55,569 bases of DNA from positions 1 to 55,569 of the IMG/VR virus record IMGVR_UViG_3300009068_002792; one strand, given 5' to 3'. How positions within the stretch are numbered: position 1 is the first letter of the stretch; each line of letters starts with the position of its first letter. The DNA is from a virus. Its lineage: Duplodnaviria > Caudoviricetes. The notes beneath the pieces are model-generated. The model searched no databases, was not told where the DNA came from, and saw nothing but the letters and a program-made list of their open reading frames with translations. A program made the translations under genes and the position numbers. Positions 10,458 through 21,116 of the stretch are shown here, one piece after another.

Positions 10458-11316
10458 TATATTTATTATATATATTTATAATATTTTTCGCTACTTGATT
10501 TTTATTCATTGTTTCTAAATATTTTTTACCATATTCAAGTGCAATTTGCTGATATTGAGAGTAATTTTTATGTATCTCCATCATCTTATCAAAGATTGCT
10601 TGTGGATTTGGATCGCATATAAACTCTTTTGGAGAAAATTCAATAGCAGTTGGATTATCATTACAAGTAATTGGAATCGCGCCAGCAATCATACCTTCGA
10701 TCATAGATAATCCTATTCCTTCAAATTTCGAAGGCAAAAGAACAAATCGCGAAGTATTGTATATATCATTTAATGTTTCATCATCAATAATACCTATATA
10801 ATTACCAAAATTCGGATTTTCTGATCCACAAACAACTAATCCAGTTTCGCCATTAATACTTTCCAACGTATCTCTTATTAAGGAAAATCTTTTATTTGCA
10901 TCATTTGCTCTACCAACATAAAGAAATGGTATAGTTTTTTTTGAATTATTAAAACAAACATCTTTAATTGGATTATAAATTACCTCGGCATCTATATTAA
11001 GGTATTCTTTGATTTGATCTTTTACAGTATTTGATATGCAAGTTATAACATTTGCATGGGCTAGTTGTTCTTTTAATTTTTGTATATCATAATTTGGATT
11101 TCTAACTTGAAGATCTAGTATGTTAAAAATAACAAATGGATTATTTGTGCAGGTTTTTTTGAATTCAATAGCTTCATCAAAGAAGTCTTCGTTTTTATAA
11201 ATTAAATCTGGATTTTCATTTACAAAAATGACACCATTATTCTCCAGCCCTTCTTCGACTCTAGAGACTACGTCTAAAGGCTTACGTCTCCATCCAAATA
11301 CTTTAGCTTTAATCAT
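10441..11316 (-). CDS. Glycosyltransferase family 4 (GT-B)
   Basis: LYVGRA....KR and LPSKFEGIGLSMIEGM (EX7E). Confidence 0.85.
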   Translation of the reverse strand: MIKAKVFGWRRKPLDVVSRVEEGLENNGVIFVNENPDLIYKNEDFFDEAIEFKKTCTNNPFVIFNILDLQVRNPNYDIQKLKEQLAHANVITCISNTVKDQIKEYLNIDAEVIYNPIKDVCFNNSKKTIPFLYVGRANDANKRFSLIRDTLESINGETGLVVCGSENPNFGNYIGIIDDETLNDIYNTSRFVLLPSKFEGIGLSMIEGMIAGAIPITCNDNPTAIEFSPKEFICDPNPQAIFDKMMEIHKNYSQYQQIALEYGKKYLETMNKNQVAKNIINIYNKYNASKV

Positions 11317-12257
11317 TCCATCCCTCGATTTTGTTTGAGTCTATATTGATTAAATAATCCTACAAATCCATCATCCTTTCCTTGAGAAATCTCATTATTA
11401 TAATAAAATTTTCTAAAACTCCAATTAAATCTATTAACTGCGATTTCATTTAGAAAATCTTGCTTAAGGATATACAATCTTACTAAATCTTGCATATTTA
11501 CTTCGAGTTGAATATAGTTGACGATATATTCTGGTAAGTTTTTATTTTTAATTCCTTCTGATATATAATTTATTAGATTTTGAACTGTACATTCAAAACC
11601 TAATTGTTGCTCAACAAAAATCTGAAATGTTAGTCTTTGGTTTTCATGATATTGCCAAATATTGTTTCCAAATTGTTGATAAAGCAATTGAGTGGCATTT
11701 GATCTTTTGTATTCGCAGAAATATTTAATAGGATGAATTATGCCATATCTTAATACCTCTCTGGTATTGATAATATAGTTTTCTCTTTTATAAGATTGAT
11801 CTGAGGTTAAATTGATGATTTTATTTAAAAGATTTGATACTCCCCAATGAGGAGTTGATTCAAAGTATTGATGTCCAGTAAATTTAAACATAAATAGCCT
11901 ATCCAAAAAGATAGAATTTACATGAGTTTCATTCCATTGATTTACTGTTGCTTTTAGATTAATTAAGAAATCATCATTAAATCTATCAGTTGAATCCATT
12001 ACGCAAACATAATCTCCAGATTTAATCAATCCAGAATGAAGCCAATCATTCGCTCGCCAATCATGAGCTTGAGCAAAAGGTCTTACTATATAATGAAACT
12101 TGTCATTAGCTTTCTTTATCTCTTCAAATTTATCAAATAAACTCTTATCTGATTTTTCATCTAAAGTAAAAACTATACCATCAAAGTACGGAAGACTCTT
12201 TTCTATAAGAGGTATTACATCTATTGAGTTCGTTAATCCGCCTAGCCATATTTTCAT
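11313..12257 (-). CDS. Putative glycosyltransferase (GT2-like)
   Basis: Weak motifs (FDGIVF.LD..SD, CVMDSTD) plus cluster context. Confidence 0.45.
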   Translation of the reverse strand: MKIWLGGLTNSIDVIPLIEKSLPYFDGIVFTLDEKSDKSLFDKFEEIKKANDKFHYIVRPFAQAHDWRANDWLHSGLIKSGDYVCVMDSTDRFNDDFLINLKATVNQWNETHVNSIFLDRLFMFKFTGHQYFESTPHWGVSNLLNKIINLTSDQSYKRENYIINTREVLRYGIIHPIKYFCEYKRSNATQLLYQQFGNNIWQYHENQRLTFQIFVEQQLGFECTVQNLINYISEGIKNKNLPEYIVNYIQLEVNMQDLVRLYILKQDFLNEIAVNRFNWSFRKFYYNNEISQGKDDGFVGLFNQYRLKQNRGME

Positions 12258-13132
12258 TTTATAATATTAATAATCTCTTCTTGATTAATGCTATTAATAT
12301 TATCATGTCCACAGAATAAAGTCAAGTTATTTTTATAATTTACTGGAGTCATGGCTTCAAAATTTTGAAAATGATTTGGTTGGTAAGGGGAATATAAGCA
12401 AATTTGATTCATTCCATATGCACCAAAAATATGAGATACTCCCGAATCAGTAGTAATTACTAGATCACATCCTAAAGATATTTTAATTGAATCAAATAAA
12501 GACATATGCCTAAGATCTTGTATTTTGCTTGTCTTTTCTGTAAGAGATTTATTATTGGGATGACCAAATTCTAATAATTTATATCCTTTTAAAACTAAAG
12601 CATCACTTATTACTGACCACCATTCTGCTGAAGGAGATCTTTTTCTTGTAGTTTCTGAATCTCCATATCCAGAGAAAGGCCAAATTGCTATGGTTTTTTG
12701 AGATCTTTGTGTTTTAAAGTATTGATTTAATATAGGCAACTTTTCTTGATTTGTAAGTAGATCATATTCTTTGGGGTTAATTTTAACTAAACCATCTTTG
12801 GTATAAATTTCCGACATTATGAAATTTTCTTTTTGTACATTATGGTAATTGTAATAGTATGGATTTGTTAAATTATTATAAAGATTAAAGATTAAATCAT
12901 AATTCTTATCAATGTCTCTTGGGGTTACTTTATCTTCTTCCAACGAAACTTGAAAACGATCAATTCCGGGATAGTTTAAAAGAAATTGCGTAACTGGCGC
13001 ACAAGTTTTATCTATGAAAAAAGTTACATAAGACTCTGGATAAATCTTTTTTAAATAAGTAATAAAAGGAATAAAGCAAATAATATCTCCATATCTAGAA
13101 GGTTTACCAGTAAAAATTTTAGGATTATTCAT
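12254..13132 (-). CDS. Glycosyltransferase family 9 (heptosyltransferase-like)
   Basis: RYGDII...P and DLVITTDSGVSHI. Start reassigned to MNNPKIF. Confidence 0.75.
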   Translation of the reverse strand: MNNPKIFTGKPSRYGDIICFIPFITYLKKIYPESYVTFFIDKTCAPVTQFLLNYPGIDRFQVSLEEDKVTPRDIDKNYDLIFNLYNNLTNPYYYNYHNVQKENFIMSEIYTKDGLVKINPKEYDLLTNQEKLPILNQYFKTQRSQKTIAIWPFSGYGDSETTRKRSPSAEWWSVISDALVLKGYKLLEFGHPNNKSLTEKTSKIQDLRHMSLFDSIKISLGCDLVITTDSGVSHIFGAYGMNQICLYSPYQPNHFQNFEAMTPVNYKNNLTLFCGHDNINSINQEEIINIIK

Positions 13133-13883
13133 GATAAAGCTTTGGCATTTGTATATGAGGGTTCTTTTTATAAAATTCTTCGTTAAAAGATACTTTACCA
13201 TCTTCAATTTTATAAGAACAAATCCATCCTCTTGATTTTTGATATTGGATTTTCTTTTCACTTGTTTTACCATCTAACCAAGAGTAATGTTTGATTAGAA
13301 GTTCTGGAATAGTAGTCGAAGGAAAGTAGTCATCTTTTATCATTTGCTTTGAGTTCACTTCGTAAAAAATTCCATCATCATCAAATCTTAAACCATTAAA
13401 CAAACAACTTTCATACTGTGCTCGCCAAATTCTCTTTGGTTTGAAACCCAAAATGTAGGTTTTTTTGTTTCCTATATAATTTTTATAATTTATATAAAAT
13501 ACAGGATGTTCTTCATCATTTTTCAAGAAATTAAAAAGATATTTTATATCTTTAGTTTTAAAAATTTCATCTGGTGCAGTAGTTAAAACATGAGTAACAT
13601 CTTCATTTAATAAATATTGAACTCCTATATTTCTTGCTTCATTCTCTTGTAGATTTGGTTCGAGTTTTTGAAAGAAATCTATCTTGCCTTCTTGTAAGTA
13701 TTTTTCAAGTAATTCTATTGTGCCATCATTTGAGTTCGGAGTTTCTCCTTCAAAGTTAGCAAACAAACAATCTACTATTGCAATTTTAATATCTAACTTA
13801 GATCTTAAAGATATCCAATCTTTTAGACATTCTTCTAGGAATTCAATTCCATTGTATACCGAAATAATTACTCCAAGTTTCAT
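13125..13883 (-). CDS. Glycosyltransferase family 2
   Basis: VIISVYNG..FLEECL, S.DGTIE, ARN.G, APDE. Start reassigned to MKLGV. Confidence 0.75.
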   Translation of the reverse strand: MKLGVIISVYNGIEFLEECLKDWISLRSKLDIKIAIVDCLFANFEGETPNSNDGTIELLEKYLQEGKIDFFQKLEPNLQENEARNIGVQYLLNEDVTHVLTTAPDEIFKTKDIKYLFNFLKNDEEHPVFYINYKNYIGNKKTYILGFKPKRIWRAQYESCLFNGLRFDDDGIFYEVNSKQMIKDDYFPSTTIPELLIKHYSWLDGKTSEKKIQYQKSRGWICSYKIEDGKVSFNEEFYKKNPHIQMPKLYHE

Positions 13884-14332
13884 ATTTTTCTTAAGAATTT
13901 TGCTGGTGATCCAACCCATACTTCATTATATGGAACATCTGTTGTTACTAATGAATTTGCGCCAATGATAGAGTTTTCGCCTATTGTAACATTACCCATG
14001 ATGGTTGAGCCTGTACCTATACTTACATTATCTCTAATGGTAATTTTTTCTACTACCCAATTTTCATTATTAACTTTTGGTAAGTTATCGTTAATTGTAT
14101 TTACGTTATGTCCAATAAAAACATTTTTACCAATATCAACTCCTTCACAAATAAAACTATGGCTTTGAATTCTTGAGTTCTCTCCAATTGTGACATTCTT
14201 TTGTACTTCTACGAATGGACCAATAAACACATTATCTTTTAATTCACATCCATAAATATTTGTAAAAGGTGAAATTTTTACATTTTTACCTAGTTTTATA
14301 TTTTTTAAAACTTTTAAAAAGAATTTATTCAT
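13880..14332 (-). CDS. Hexapeptide-repeat sugar N-acetyltransferase (WbpD/WlbB-like)
   Basis: NIYGC...FIGPFVEVQK...IQSHSFICEGV...VGSPAK. Confidence 0.85.
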   Translation of the reverse strand: MNKFFLKVLKNIKLGKNVKISPFTNIYGCELKDNVFIGPFVEVQKNVTIGENSRIQSHSFICEGVDIGKNVFIGHNVNTINDNLPKVNNENWVVEKITIRDNVSIGTGSTIMGNVTIGENSIIGANSLVTTDVPYNEVWVGSPAKFLRKI

Positions 14333-15278
14333 TGACGCTAATATATTCTCCATTGTTTTTGATGGATTGACTAATTTTTTCTAAAACTTTAACAGTCCAA
14401 ACTCCTTCATTTGCGCCACTTAAAGTATTTTTATTTTGTTTGATTGATTCAAAGAAGTGGTTAATTTCTAAATATAATGGGTCAATAAGTTGTTGAGGCT
14501 CATAACTTCTTGGTGTTTGGTTGGGTCTTTCAATTATAAGCTTTGCATCTGGTAAAGCTGAATCATTATGCACAATTCCTAATGTCCCATTTAGGGCAAT
14601 TTTTCTAACTTTATTATGATTAAGAAAGCTAACGTCGATATAAGCTGTAAAGTCATTAGAATAGAATAATGTGGCTCTAGCTTTTTCTATTACATTTTTA
14701 TTTATTTGATTAGAGCCAGTAGCAGAAACTCCTTGAAGAACATATTTGCTTGGTACAATATAATTTAATATGCTAATATCGTGAGTCATTAAATCCCAAA
14801 CTACATCTATATCTTTTTTGAATGGGCCCCAATTTGCCCTAGTTGATTCAAAGTTAGTTATTTTACCTATAAAATCAAAATTAATTACTTGTTTAAGGAA
14901 ATTAACCTCTGGAGTATAGATAAAGGTGTTATCTGTATGTAGGATTTTATTATTGCTTTCTGCTGTTTTCTTTAAATTTAAAGCATCGCTATAAGCCAAT
15001 GTTATTGGTTTCTCTACGAATACATGCTTATTATTCTTAAGAGCTTGGTCTGCTAATTCAAAATGAGTGTGAGGTGGTGTTATAACAAATACTGCATCAA
15101 TATTTGGGTCAGCTATACTTTCATTTAAATTATTAGTAATAGATATATTTTGATTAATTAATTCATCAAGTATCTTTGTATTAGTATCAAAGACCTTGAT
15201 ATTAATATCATTGAACTTCTTAAGTGTGTTTAATATTTTAGCGCCCCAAAATCCTGCGCCAACTAATAATACGTTCAT
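14325..15278 (-). CDS. Gfo/Idh/MocA oxidoreductase (sugar 3-dehydrogenase-like)
   Basis: VGAGFWG, TPPHTH, KHVFVEKP, WDLMTHD. Confidence 0.85.
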   Translation of the reverse strand: MNVLLVGAGFWGAKILNTLKKFNDINIKVFDTNTKILDELINQNISITNNLNESIADPNIDAVFVITPPHTHFELADQALKNNKHVFVEKPITLAYSDALNLKKTAESNNKILHTDNTFIYTPEVNFLKQVINFDFIGKITNFESTRANWGPFKKDIDVVWDLMTHDISILNYIVPSKYVLQGVSATGSNQINKNVIEKARATLFYSNDFTAYIDVSFLNHNKVRKIALNGTLGIVHNDSALPDAKLIIERPNQTPRSYEPQQLIDPLYLEINHFFESIKQNKNTLSGANEGVWTVKVLEKISQSIKNNGEYISVNE

Positions 15279-15280
15279 TA

Positions 15281-16516
15281 TTAAATTATTTCAATTTCTG
15301 GTAATGGAAATAAGAATTTAACGCCCTTTTTGATTGTCTCTTCTTCTCTTTTAAGAATTTCTTCTTTGAAATGATACGGACCGACTAAGTAGACATCTAC
15401 ATTTTTCCTACTTTCTTCTTCACTTACCATTGGTATACCACTAATTGTTTTAGCTCCAAATTTTTCTGGACTTCTTTCAGCAGCGCATTCAATTAAATCT
15501 GTGCTTATGCCGCAATAAGAAAGAATCGTATTTAACTTGGTAGACATTCCATAGATATGGATTCTTTTGCCTTCTGATTTTAATTTCTTCAATAGAGTTA
15601 AAAGATTTTCTTTATGCTTTAAAACTCTATCCATAAATGGAATATAAGTGTTTGAATCTTCTAAAGCCATTTGGAATTCTTTAAGTTTTATTGCTAATGC
15701 TTCTTTTTGAAAAGACTCTTGATCAAATTTATAGTTATTTTCTTTGATAACCCAAGCTTGTAATGATCCTCCATTTGTATCATTTTCTTCAAGTTTAAGA
15801 ATTTTAAGACCTGTTCTTTTCAAGATGTGTTCAAAAGTTGCGACAGAATATAAACACAAATGCTCATGTACCATTCCGTCGTAAGCTAATTTATCATAAA
15901 CTGCTGGAAGATAAGCGAACTCGACAATCCATACACCATTCGGGCTAAGTGCTTTTTCTATTTGTTTGCAGAAATTAGTGGGATCTTCAATATCATAAAA
16001 ACAAGCTATAGAAGAAATCACATCAAATGTTCCAACAACTTTAGAGCTTGGATAGCAGTCGTGAATTGTTTCAATTCCTTCTTTTGGGACTTCGTTAATT
16101 ACATTACTTGGATCAATTCCAATTCTTTTGATATTTGATGGATATTGTTTTAAAGTAAAAAGATCATTTGCGCCAATATCTAAAACTCTAGATACATTCA
16201 CATTATGAAAGTCTAGAAAATCAAGTATATTTTTAACTATTTTACTTAAATGATTTTTCATGGTATTAGAAACAGAACTTCTATAACCATAATTTGAATA
16301 AAGAATTTCTGGCGAAATAGATACTTTATTTTGTATTAAACCACATCCACCAGTTTTAGTTTCACAAATCATAATAGAAGAATCAATTGCTCTTGTAGGA
16401 GGCTTTGGTTTATTTGGATAAACAAAAGAGCCTTGAATTGGTTGACTGCCTAAATCTATAATAGGATTTAAATGATTATGCCCACAAGATCTACAATTTT
16501 GTCTATACTTTATCAT
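15281..16516 (-). CDS. NDP-hexose C-methyltransferase
   Basis: Zn site CRSC...C..GLIQ, YGYRS, LDIGAND, HEHLCLYS, NGGSL, C-terminal C-methyltransferase domain (FLFPLP). Confidence 0.85.
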   Translation of the reverse strand: MIKYRQNCRSCGHNHLNPIIDLGSQPIQGSFVYPNKPKPPTRAIDSSIMICETKTGGCGLIQNKVSISPEILYSNYGYRSSVSNTMKNHLSKIVKNILDFLDFHNVNVSRVLDIGANDLFTLKQYPSNIKRIGIDPSNVINEVPKEGIETIHDCYPSSKVVGTFDVISSIACFYDIEDPTNFCKQIEKALSPNGVWIVEFAYLPAVYDKLAYDGMVHEHLCLYSVATFEHILKRTGLKILKLEENDTNGGSLQAWVIKENNYKFDQESFQKEALAIKLKEFQMALEDSNTYIPFMDRVLKHKENLLTLLKKLKSEGKRIHIYGMSTKLNTILSYCGISTDLIECAAERSPEKFGAKTISGIPMVSEEESRKNVDVYLVGPYHFKEEILKREEETIKKGVKFLFPLPEIEII

Positions 16517-16874
16517 AACCTATTTTAGCTTCTTTTAGAGGATTTTTAAAAAATTTTTTTTGTAATTTATTTTTTAATATAAATCTATCGTAATTCGCCA
16601 TCGCAGTAGTCTTAGCTAAACCTTCTTGATCTTTACCTAAATCTACAAGATCAAAAACTTTGCTATTAATAACTACTAAATTTTTGTATTCTTCACTTTT
16701 AATTACTTGATGCATTTTAATATCAGTAATTTGTTCTGATATTTCATCGTATAAAGTGTCATAGTTTTCAATATGCTTTTGATTATCTTCTTTTCCAGCA
16801 GATTTAGTTCTTTTTAAATCTAGAATGGAAAGCAAATCAAATACATAAGCCTCATCTAATGAGATTTTAATCAT
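16503..16874 (-). CDS. Hypothetical protein (helical)
   Basis: 123 aa ORF translationally coupled within the cluster. Confidence 0.65.
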   Translation of the reverse strand: MIKISLDEAYVFDLLSILDLKRTKSAGKEDNQKHIENYDTLYDEISEQITDIKMHQVIKSEEYKNLVVINSKVFDLVDLGKDQEGLAKTTAMANYDRFILKNKLQKKFFKNPLKEAKIGYDKV

Positions 16875-17497
16875 CGTGGATGTAGGGCGAAGAAGCCTTG
16901 AGCAATTGTAATTACATGAGGAGTATGAGTATTTTTAAATATTTCTGTTGCTTTGCCGATAATTTTTCTATATTCTGGCGGAACGGCATTTGGTCCAAGC
17001 CTAGCGACAGAATCTTCGTAGCGATCTAATTCATCATAAAGCATAGCATCGTCAAGAAGAATAAAGTCTTTTGCTCCTAGATCTGTTCTAAGGCGTTTAA
17101 TAATTCTTAATTCATTTAATGCTGGAAGTCTAATCTCGGCATCTCCTTCTGAATGTTTTACTAAAGGTTTATGGCCAAGATTATAATCACTATTAGAAAA
17201 ATGACTATCTAACCAAAAGAAAATAGGCTTATTTAATGGAATCTTTGGAAGAAGATTTTCCAAAACATTGGGACCTTCATCATGAATAATATGAACTCTT
17301 GTGTCAAAAGAAAATGTTCTTTGAGAGTGTTCGGCCAACTCCTTATCAATATCACAAGATATTAATAGTTCTTGTCCATATTCTGGTTGAATCATTCTCA
17401 TTAATCCAGAACCTAAACCAGTTCCTGTTTCAAAGAAAATTCTTGTGTTGTATTTAAAAATCCAAGGGATTATTTGAATATCTCTTAATGCACTCAT
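16871..17497 (-). CDS. Putative SAM-dependent methyltransferase
   Basis: FFETGTGLG, FFWLDSH, ILLDD. Confidence 0.65.
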   Translation of the reverse strand: MSALRDIQIIPWIFKYNTRIFFETGTGLGSGLMRMIQPEYGQELLISCDIDKELAEHSQRTFSFDTRVHIIHDEGPNVLENLLPKIPLNKPIFFWLDSHFSNSDYNLGHKPLVKHSEGDAEIRLPALNELRIIKRLRTDLGAKDFILLDDAMLYDELDRYEDSVARLGPNAVPPEYRKIIGKATEIFKNTHTPHVITIAQGFFALHPR

Positions 17498-17514
17498 ATT
17501 TTATCCTTTTTATT

Positions 17515-17542
17515 ATTATAATGTATTTATAATAAATGTCAA
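17515..17542 (-). promoter_or_regulatory. Internal sigma70-type promoter in the sugar cluster
   Basis: TTGACA-16 nt-TATAAT, followed by AAGGA and the ATG at 17497. Confidence 0.6.
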
Positions 17543-18129
17543 TTCTTTTCTACAGTTTGAACGAGCATTGTTGCTTTAATTTGATCCTTCTTATATAAAG
17601 CCATCTTGTGGCCAATTGGTGCGGGCCAAGTCATCTCAAGATGATTAGGATATTTAACAGAAAGAATTGTTCCTTTTGAAGAGAAGTCGTCTACAAATAC
17701 TACTGAATTATCTAAATTCATTTTTTCAAAACATTGAACAGTTAAAACTGGATCATCTGAAACATCAAGATAAATTAAATCTGTATTCTCATTATGAAAT
17801 TGTTTTTCCTCTAATACTTTTAACGCATCTCCCACTAAAAAGTTAAGTTTGGGTTTGAGTTCATTAAATTTCGGATGAGTTGATAACATGGTAATACAAT
17901 TTTCCACATTCTCTTTAATAAGGTCTATGGTAGTAAATGAACCACCATATTTACTAATATACTCAAGGAAATGAAAAGATGACCATCCATCACCAAGTCT
18001 AGAATTAAAATCTCTAGCGCAACCCAATTCAAGAATATTGATTGGTTTTCTATTAAATAGACTTAATGTATAATTAAAATATGGATCTCTATTTGATTGT
18101 TGATTTTTGAATTGTTCGTAATAGTTCAT
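17539..18129 (-). CDS. Class I SAM-dependent methyltransferase
   Basis: ILELGCAR, GWSS, TIDL, DLIYLD, VFVDD. Start reassigned to MNYYEQ. Confidence 0.7.
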   Translation of the reverse strand: MNYYEQFKNQQSNRDPYFNYTLSLFNRKPINILELGCARDFNSRLGDGWSSFHFLEYISKYGGSFTTIDLIKENVENCITMLSTHPKFNELKPKLNFLVGDALKVLEEKQFHNENTDLIYLDVSDDPVLTVQCFEKMNLDNSVVFVDDFSSKGTILSVKYPNHLEMTWPAPIGHKMALYKKDQIKATMLVQTVEKN

Positions 18130-18827
18130 TGTATGTTTTCGTCTCCTATGTTTAGAAATGGCTTGCAAGATATTTTGTAATCATTTGATTTAATGATATT
18201 ATCTTTCATTTCTTTAAAAATTTTTTCTCTGTAAGAATTTGATGTTCCAGCTAAATGTAGTATAAAATCTCCATGCTTATAATTTCCATTAGGATGCCAT
18301 TCATGGTAATAAGAATTAAAGAATCTAAGATTCATAATCTTAAAGTGCTTTCTAGCTTCTTCGTTTTGATTGACTTCATCTGATATAGCTGCTTGCTCAA
18401 CCATTTGATGGCTATAATATTCTTTTTTATTTAAAAGATGTTCGAAAAACTTCTTATTCCATTCGCAAGACCTTACTAGCATTGGCCCACAATTTAATTC
18501 AATTGTATTTGGAGTATCAGTTTTGGTCATTATAATATCATGATGATCGTCTATTAAATTTTCTAATCTTATTGTTTGATTCATTACCATGCTGTCACAT
18601 TCTACATAAAACATCCAATCATATTTATCCATATTTTCTAAAAATATTTCAAATTTAGACCATCCTACAGTTCTTCCTTCTGTAAAGTTTTGTGTTTTAC
18701 AATAAAAATCATATCCATGTTTTTCACAATATTCTTTATACGTAGGCATTGTGGTTTTAGCTAATTCATCAAATGAACAGCCATGATGAGCCAATTCGTT
18801 ATAATATGAAAAAATTAAAAATTTCAT
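18126..18827 (-). CDS. Glycosyltransferase family 34 (GMA12/MNN10-like)
   Basis: YCEKHGYDF, WSK, DWMFYVECDSMVMN, LNCG, EQAA, FNSY, GDFILHLAG. Confidence 0.8.
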   Translation of the reverse strand: MKFLIFSYYNELAHHGCSFDELAKTTMPTYKEYCEKHGYDFYCKTQNFTEGRTVGWSKFEIFLENMDKYDWMFYVECDSMVMNQTIRLENLIDDHHDIIMTKTDTPNTIELNCGPMLVRSCEWNKKFFEHLLNKKEYYSHQMVEQAAISDEVNQNEEARKHFKIMNLRFFNSYYHEWHPNGNYKHGDFILHLAGTSNSYREKIFKEMKDNIIKSNDYKISCKPFLNIGDENIQ

Positions 18828-19432
18828 TTTACTCTTCGAAAGACATGATCTACGTCTAATTGATGAATCTTTTTGTATCCTAAAGATTCTATATAAGGTA
18901 TTGGATTTTGAGCTGTGACTTCCACAACGATAATTGGATTGCATTTTTCAATAGTTTTTTCCGCGCCTTTTAAAGCTTGTTCTTCAAATCCTTCAATATC
19001 TAAATGAATTAACGAGACATTTTTTAAATTTAAATCATCTATTTTTAGTATTGGTATATTTCCTTCTCCGTTTAAAATGTATGCACCGCAATTATCATTT
19101 TCTGATAATACTACTGGATCGCCTCCATTTCCCAAAGCAGATTGGTATCTATATATATTTGGACATTCTAAAGTATTTAAAACTAAACAGTTAAAATTTA
19201 AAATATCTGGTTCAAAGGTATAGACATTTTTAAAATGTTTTGAATACTCTTTAGGATAATAACCAGCATTACCTCCAGCTTGAATTACCGTCTGCTTCTT
19301 CTTGCAAAAATCTGCTATAATACTAGGCGCAGAAAGTCTATCGTTATCATGAAGATAATTCCACATGATTTTATCCTTTTTAGGCCAAAAAAATCCATCT
19401 CTAAATTCGATTTGTTGATTATCAATTTGCAT
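18824..19432 (-). CDS. FkbM-family methyltransferase
   Basis: IQAGGNAG, VYTFEP, LIHLDIEGFE..ALKGA..TI..C.PII.VE. Confidence 0.85.
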   Translation of the reverse strand: MQIDNQQIEFRDGFFWPKKDKIMWNYLHDNDRLSAPSIIADFCKKKQTVIQAGGNAGYYPKEYSKHFKNVYTFEPDILNFNCLVLNTLECPNIYRYQSALGNGGDPVVLSENDNCGAYILNGEGNIPILKIDDLNLKNVSLIHLDIEGFEEQALKGAEKTIEKCNPIIVVEVTAQNPIPYIESLGYKKIHQLDVDHVFRRVK

Positions 19433-20207
19433 TTTTATTTATATATTGTATCATACTCTTTAAGCTATCGTCTAATTTAGTGGAGTTTAAGTTATGAATT
19501 TCTTGGAAATTGCCAATATATGAAGTTAATCCTTGCTGTTCTATGGTAATATTACTATTAGAATTGCAAAGGTTTTTAATTAATTCTGCGATCTGACTTA
19601 ATTTATGCTTTTGGGGATAAACACAATCAATTTCTTGATATTCTTTTGTATCATTTTGGATTAATAATTCAATTAACTGAATCAAATCATCCATATAATA
19701 AATATCAAACTCTATATCTTCCCAAATAATAATATCTTCATTTTTTAAAGCTTTCTTGATTGTGGAGTAAACGAAAGAATCTTCCATTCCTAATTGACCA
19801 AAGACATTGTATATTCTTAAATTTTTAATATTATTTTTTTCTTTAATGATATAAGTGCATATCTTTTTACTTAAACCATAAAAATCATTTTGTTTATAAA
19901 ATTCCGCGCCACTTGAAAATGTTATTAACTTACAATCATCATTAACAAAATTCAACAAATTATCCAAGGAACTTATATTGTTATATAAATCTTCAGATGT
20001 ATCTTTTTTCATTCGTCTACCGCCCTTAACTGCACAATTTATTATCCAATCAAATTTCTTATTTGACATCCAAGATTTTAATTGTTCCAATTCTGTTAGA
20101 TTTAATTCTTCGCTACTTGGAGCATGAATTTCATATTTTTTAGATAACTTATCTAATATACTGCGCCCAACAAAACCATACCCACCAGTTAAAAGAATTT
20201 TTTTCAT
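19422..20207 (-). CDS. NAD-dependent epimerase/reductase (extended SDR)
   Basis: LLTGGYGFVG, SSGA, YGLSK. Start reassigned to MKKILL. Confidence 0.85.
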   Translation of the reverse strand: MKKILLTGGYGFVGRSILDKLSKKYEIHAPSSEELNLTELEQLKSWMSNKKFDWIINCAVKGGRRMKKDTSEDLYNNISSLDNLLNFVNDDCKLITFSSGAEFYKQNDFYGLSKKICTYIIKEKNNIKNLRIYNVFGQLGMEDSFVYSTIKKALKNEDIIIWEDIEFDIYYMDDLIQLIELLIQNDTKEYQEIDCVYPQKHKLSQIAELIKNLCNSNSNITIEQQGLTSYIGNFQEIHNLNSTKLDDSLKSMIQYINKNAN

Positions 20208-21115
20208 TGTAGCTTTTTGTAAAATTCTATTGTTTTTTCTAGCCCTTGAGAGATGTCTGTTTTTTGCTTCCATCCAATTCTTTGCAATTTATCATTTTCA
20301 CCTTCTAGATTAAAAACAAAATCTTTTGGATATGGTTTATTATATTTAATATTTAATTTAAAATCAACTACTTTTGCTATTTGCTCTACTATATCCTTAA
20401 CCCTTTTGGGATAAGATCCACAGAAATTGTATATTCCTTCGTGTTGGTTTTCAATTAATAGATTGATGCCATCAACAAAATCATCAATAAACAAGTAACT
20501 AGTAAAATGTTCACATGGATTTAATTCTATTTCTTCACTTTTTAAGCATTTATTAATAACTTGTGGAATAAGTCTTTTTTCAAAGTCTTTATCTCCGTAC
20601 AACCAGAATGGTCTTACCCATGTAAATTTAACGCCATGAATCTTGAGCAATTCATTACAGATTTGATAAGCTATATATTTAGCTGATCCATATGCATTGA
20701 TGGGTTTTGGTGTTTGATCTTCTTTTGGTTTGATATCAAAATTTCCATATTCCCAACCAGCTCCAACTCCCACAAAATGTTTAACATTACAATCTTTAGC
20801 GATTTGGATTAAATCAAGCAAACCGGGAATATTCTCTGTAAATTGTTTTTCGTCAGTTAGTAATAATTGACTACTAGAACCATACCATCCACAATAAAAT
20901 ATTACGTCTGGTCTAAAATCTTTAATTTGATTAATATAGTCTTTAATGTTATTGATCTTGCAGTTTATCGTTTCGATCTTATGTATAAAGTCTTTTATTC
21001 TCCATATGTTTTGTGGATTATTAATTGTGCCTAAAACGCTATGTTTTTTATTTAAAAATGATTCGGCTACTTTTGAACCGATAAAACCATTGATTCCTAT
21101 AATTAGTATATTCAT
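20204..21115 (-). CDS. NAD-dependent epimerase/4-reductase (abequose synthase-like SDR)
   Basis: IIGINGFIG, EYG, YGSAK, WVRPFWLYG, RLIP. Confidence 0.8.
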   Translation of the reverse strand: MNILIIGINGFIGSKVAESFLNKKHSVLGTINNPQNIWRIKDFIHKIETINCKINNIKDYINQIKDFRPDVIFYCGWYGSSSQLLLTDEKQFTENIPGLLDLIQIAKDCNVKHFVGVGAGWEYGNFDIKPKEDQTPKPINAYGSAKYIAYQICNELLKIHGVKFTWVRPFWLYGDKDFEKRLIPQVINKCLKSEEIELNPCEHFTSYLFIDDFVDGINLLIENQHEGIYNFCGSYPKRVKDIVEQIAKVVDFKLNIKYNKPYPKDFVFNLEGENDKLQRIGWKQKTDISQGLEKTIEFYKKLQ

Positions 21116-21116
21116 A

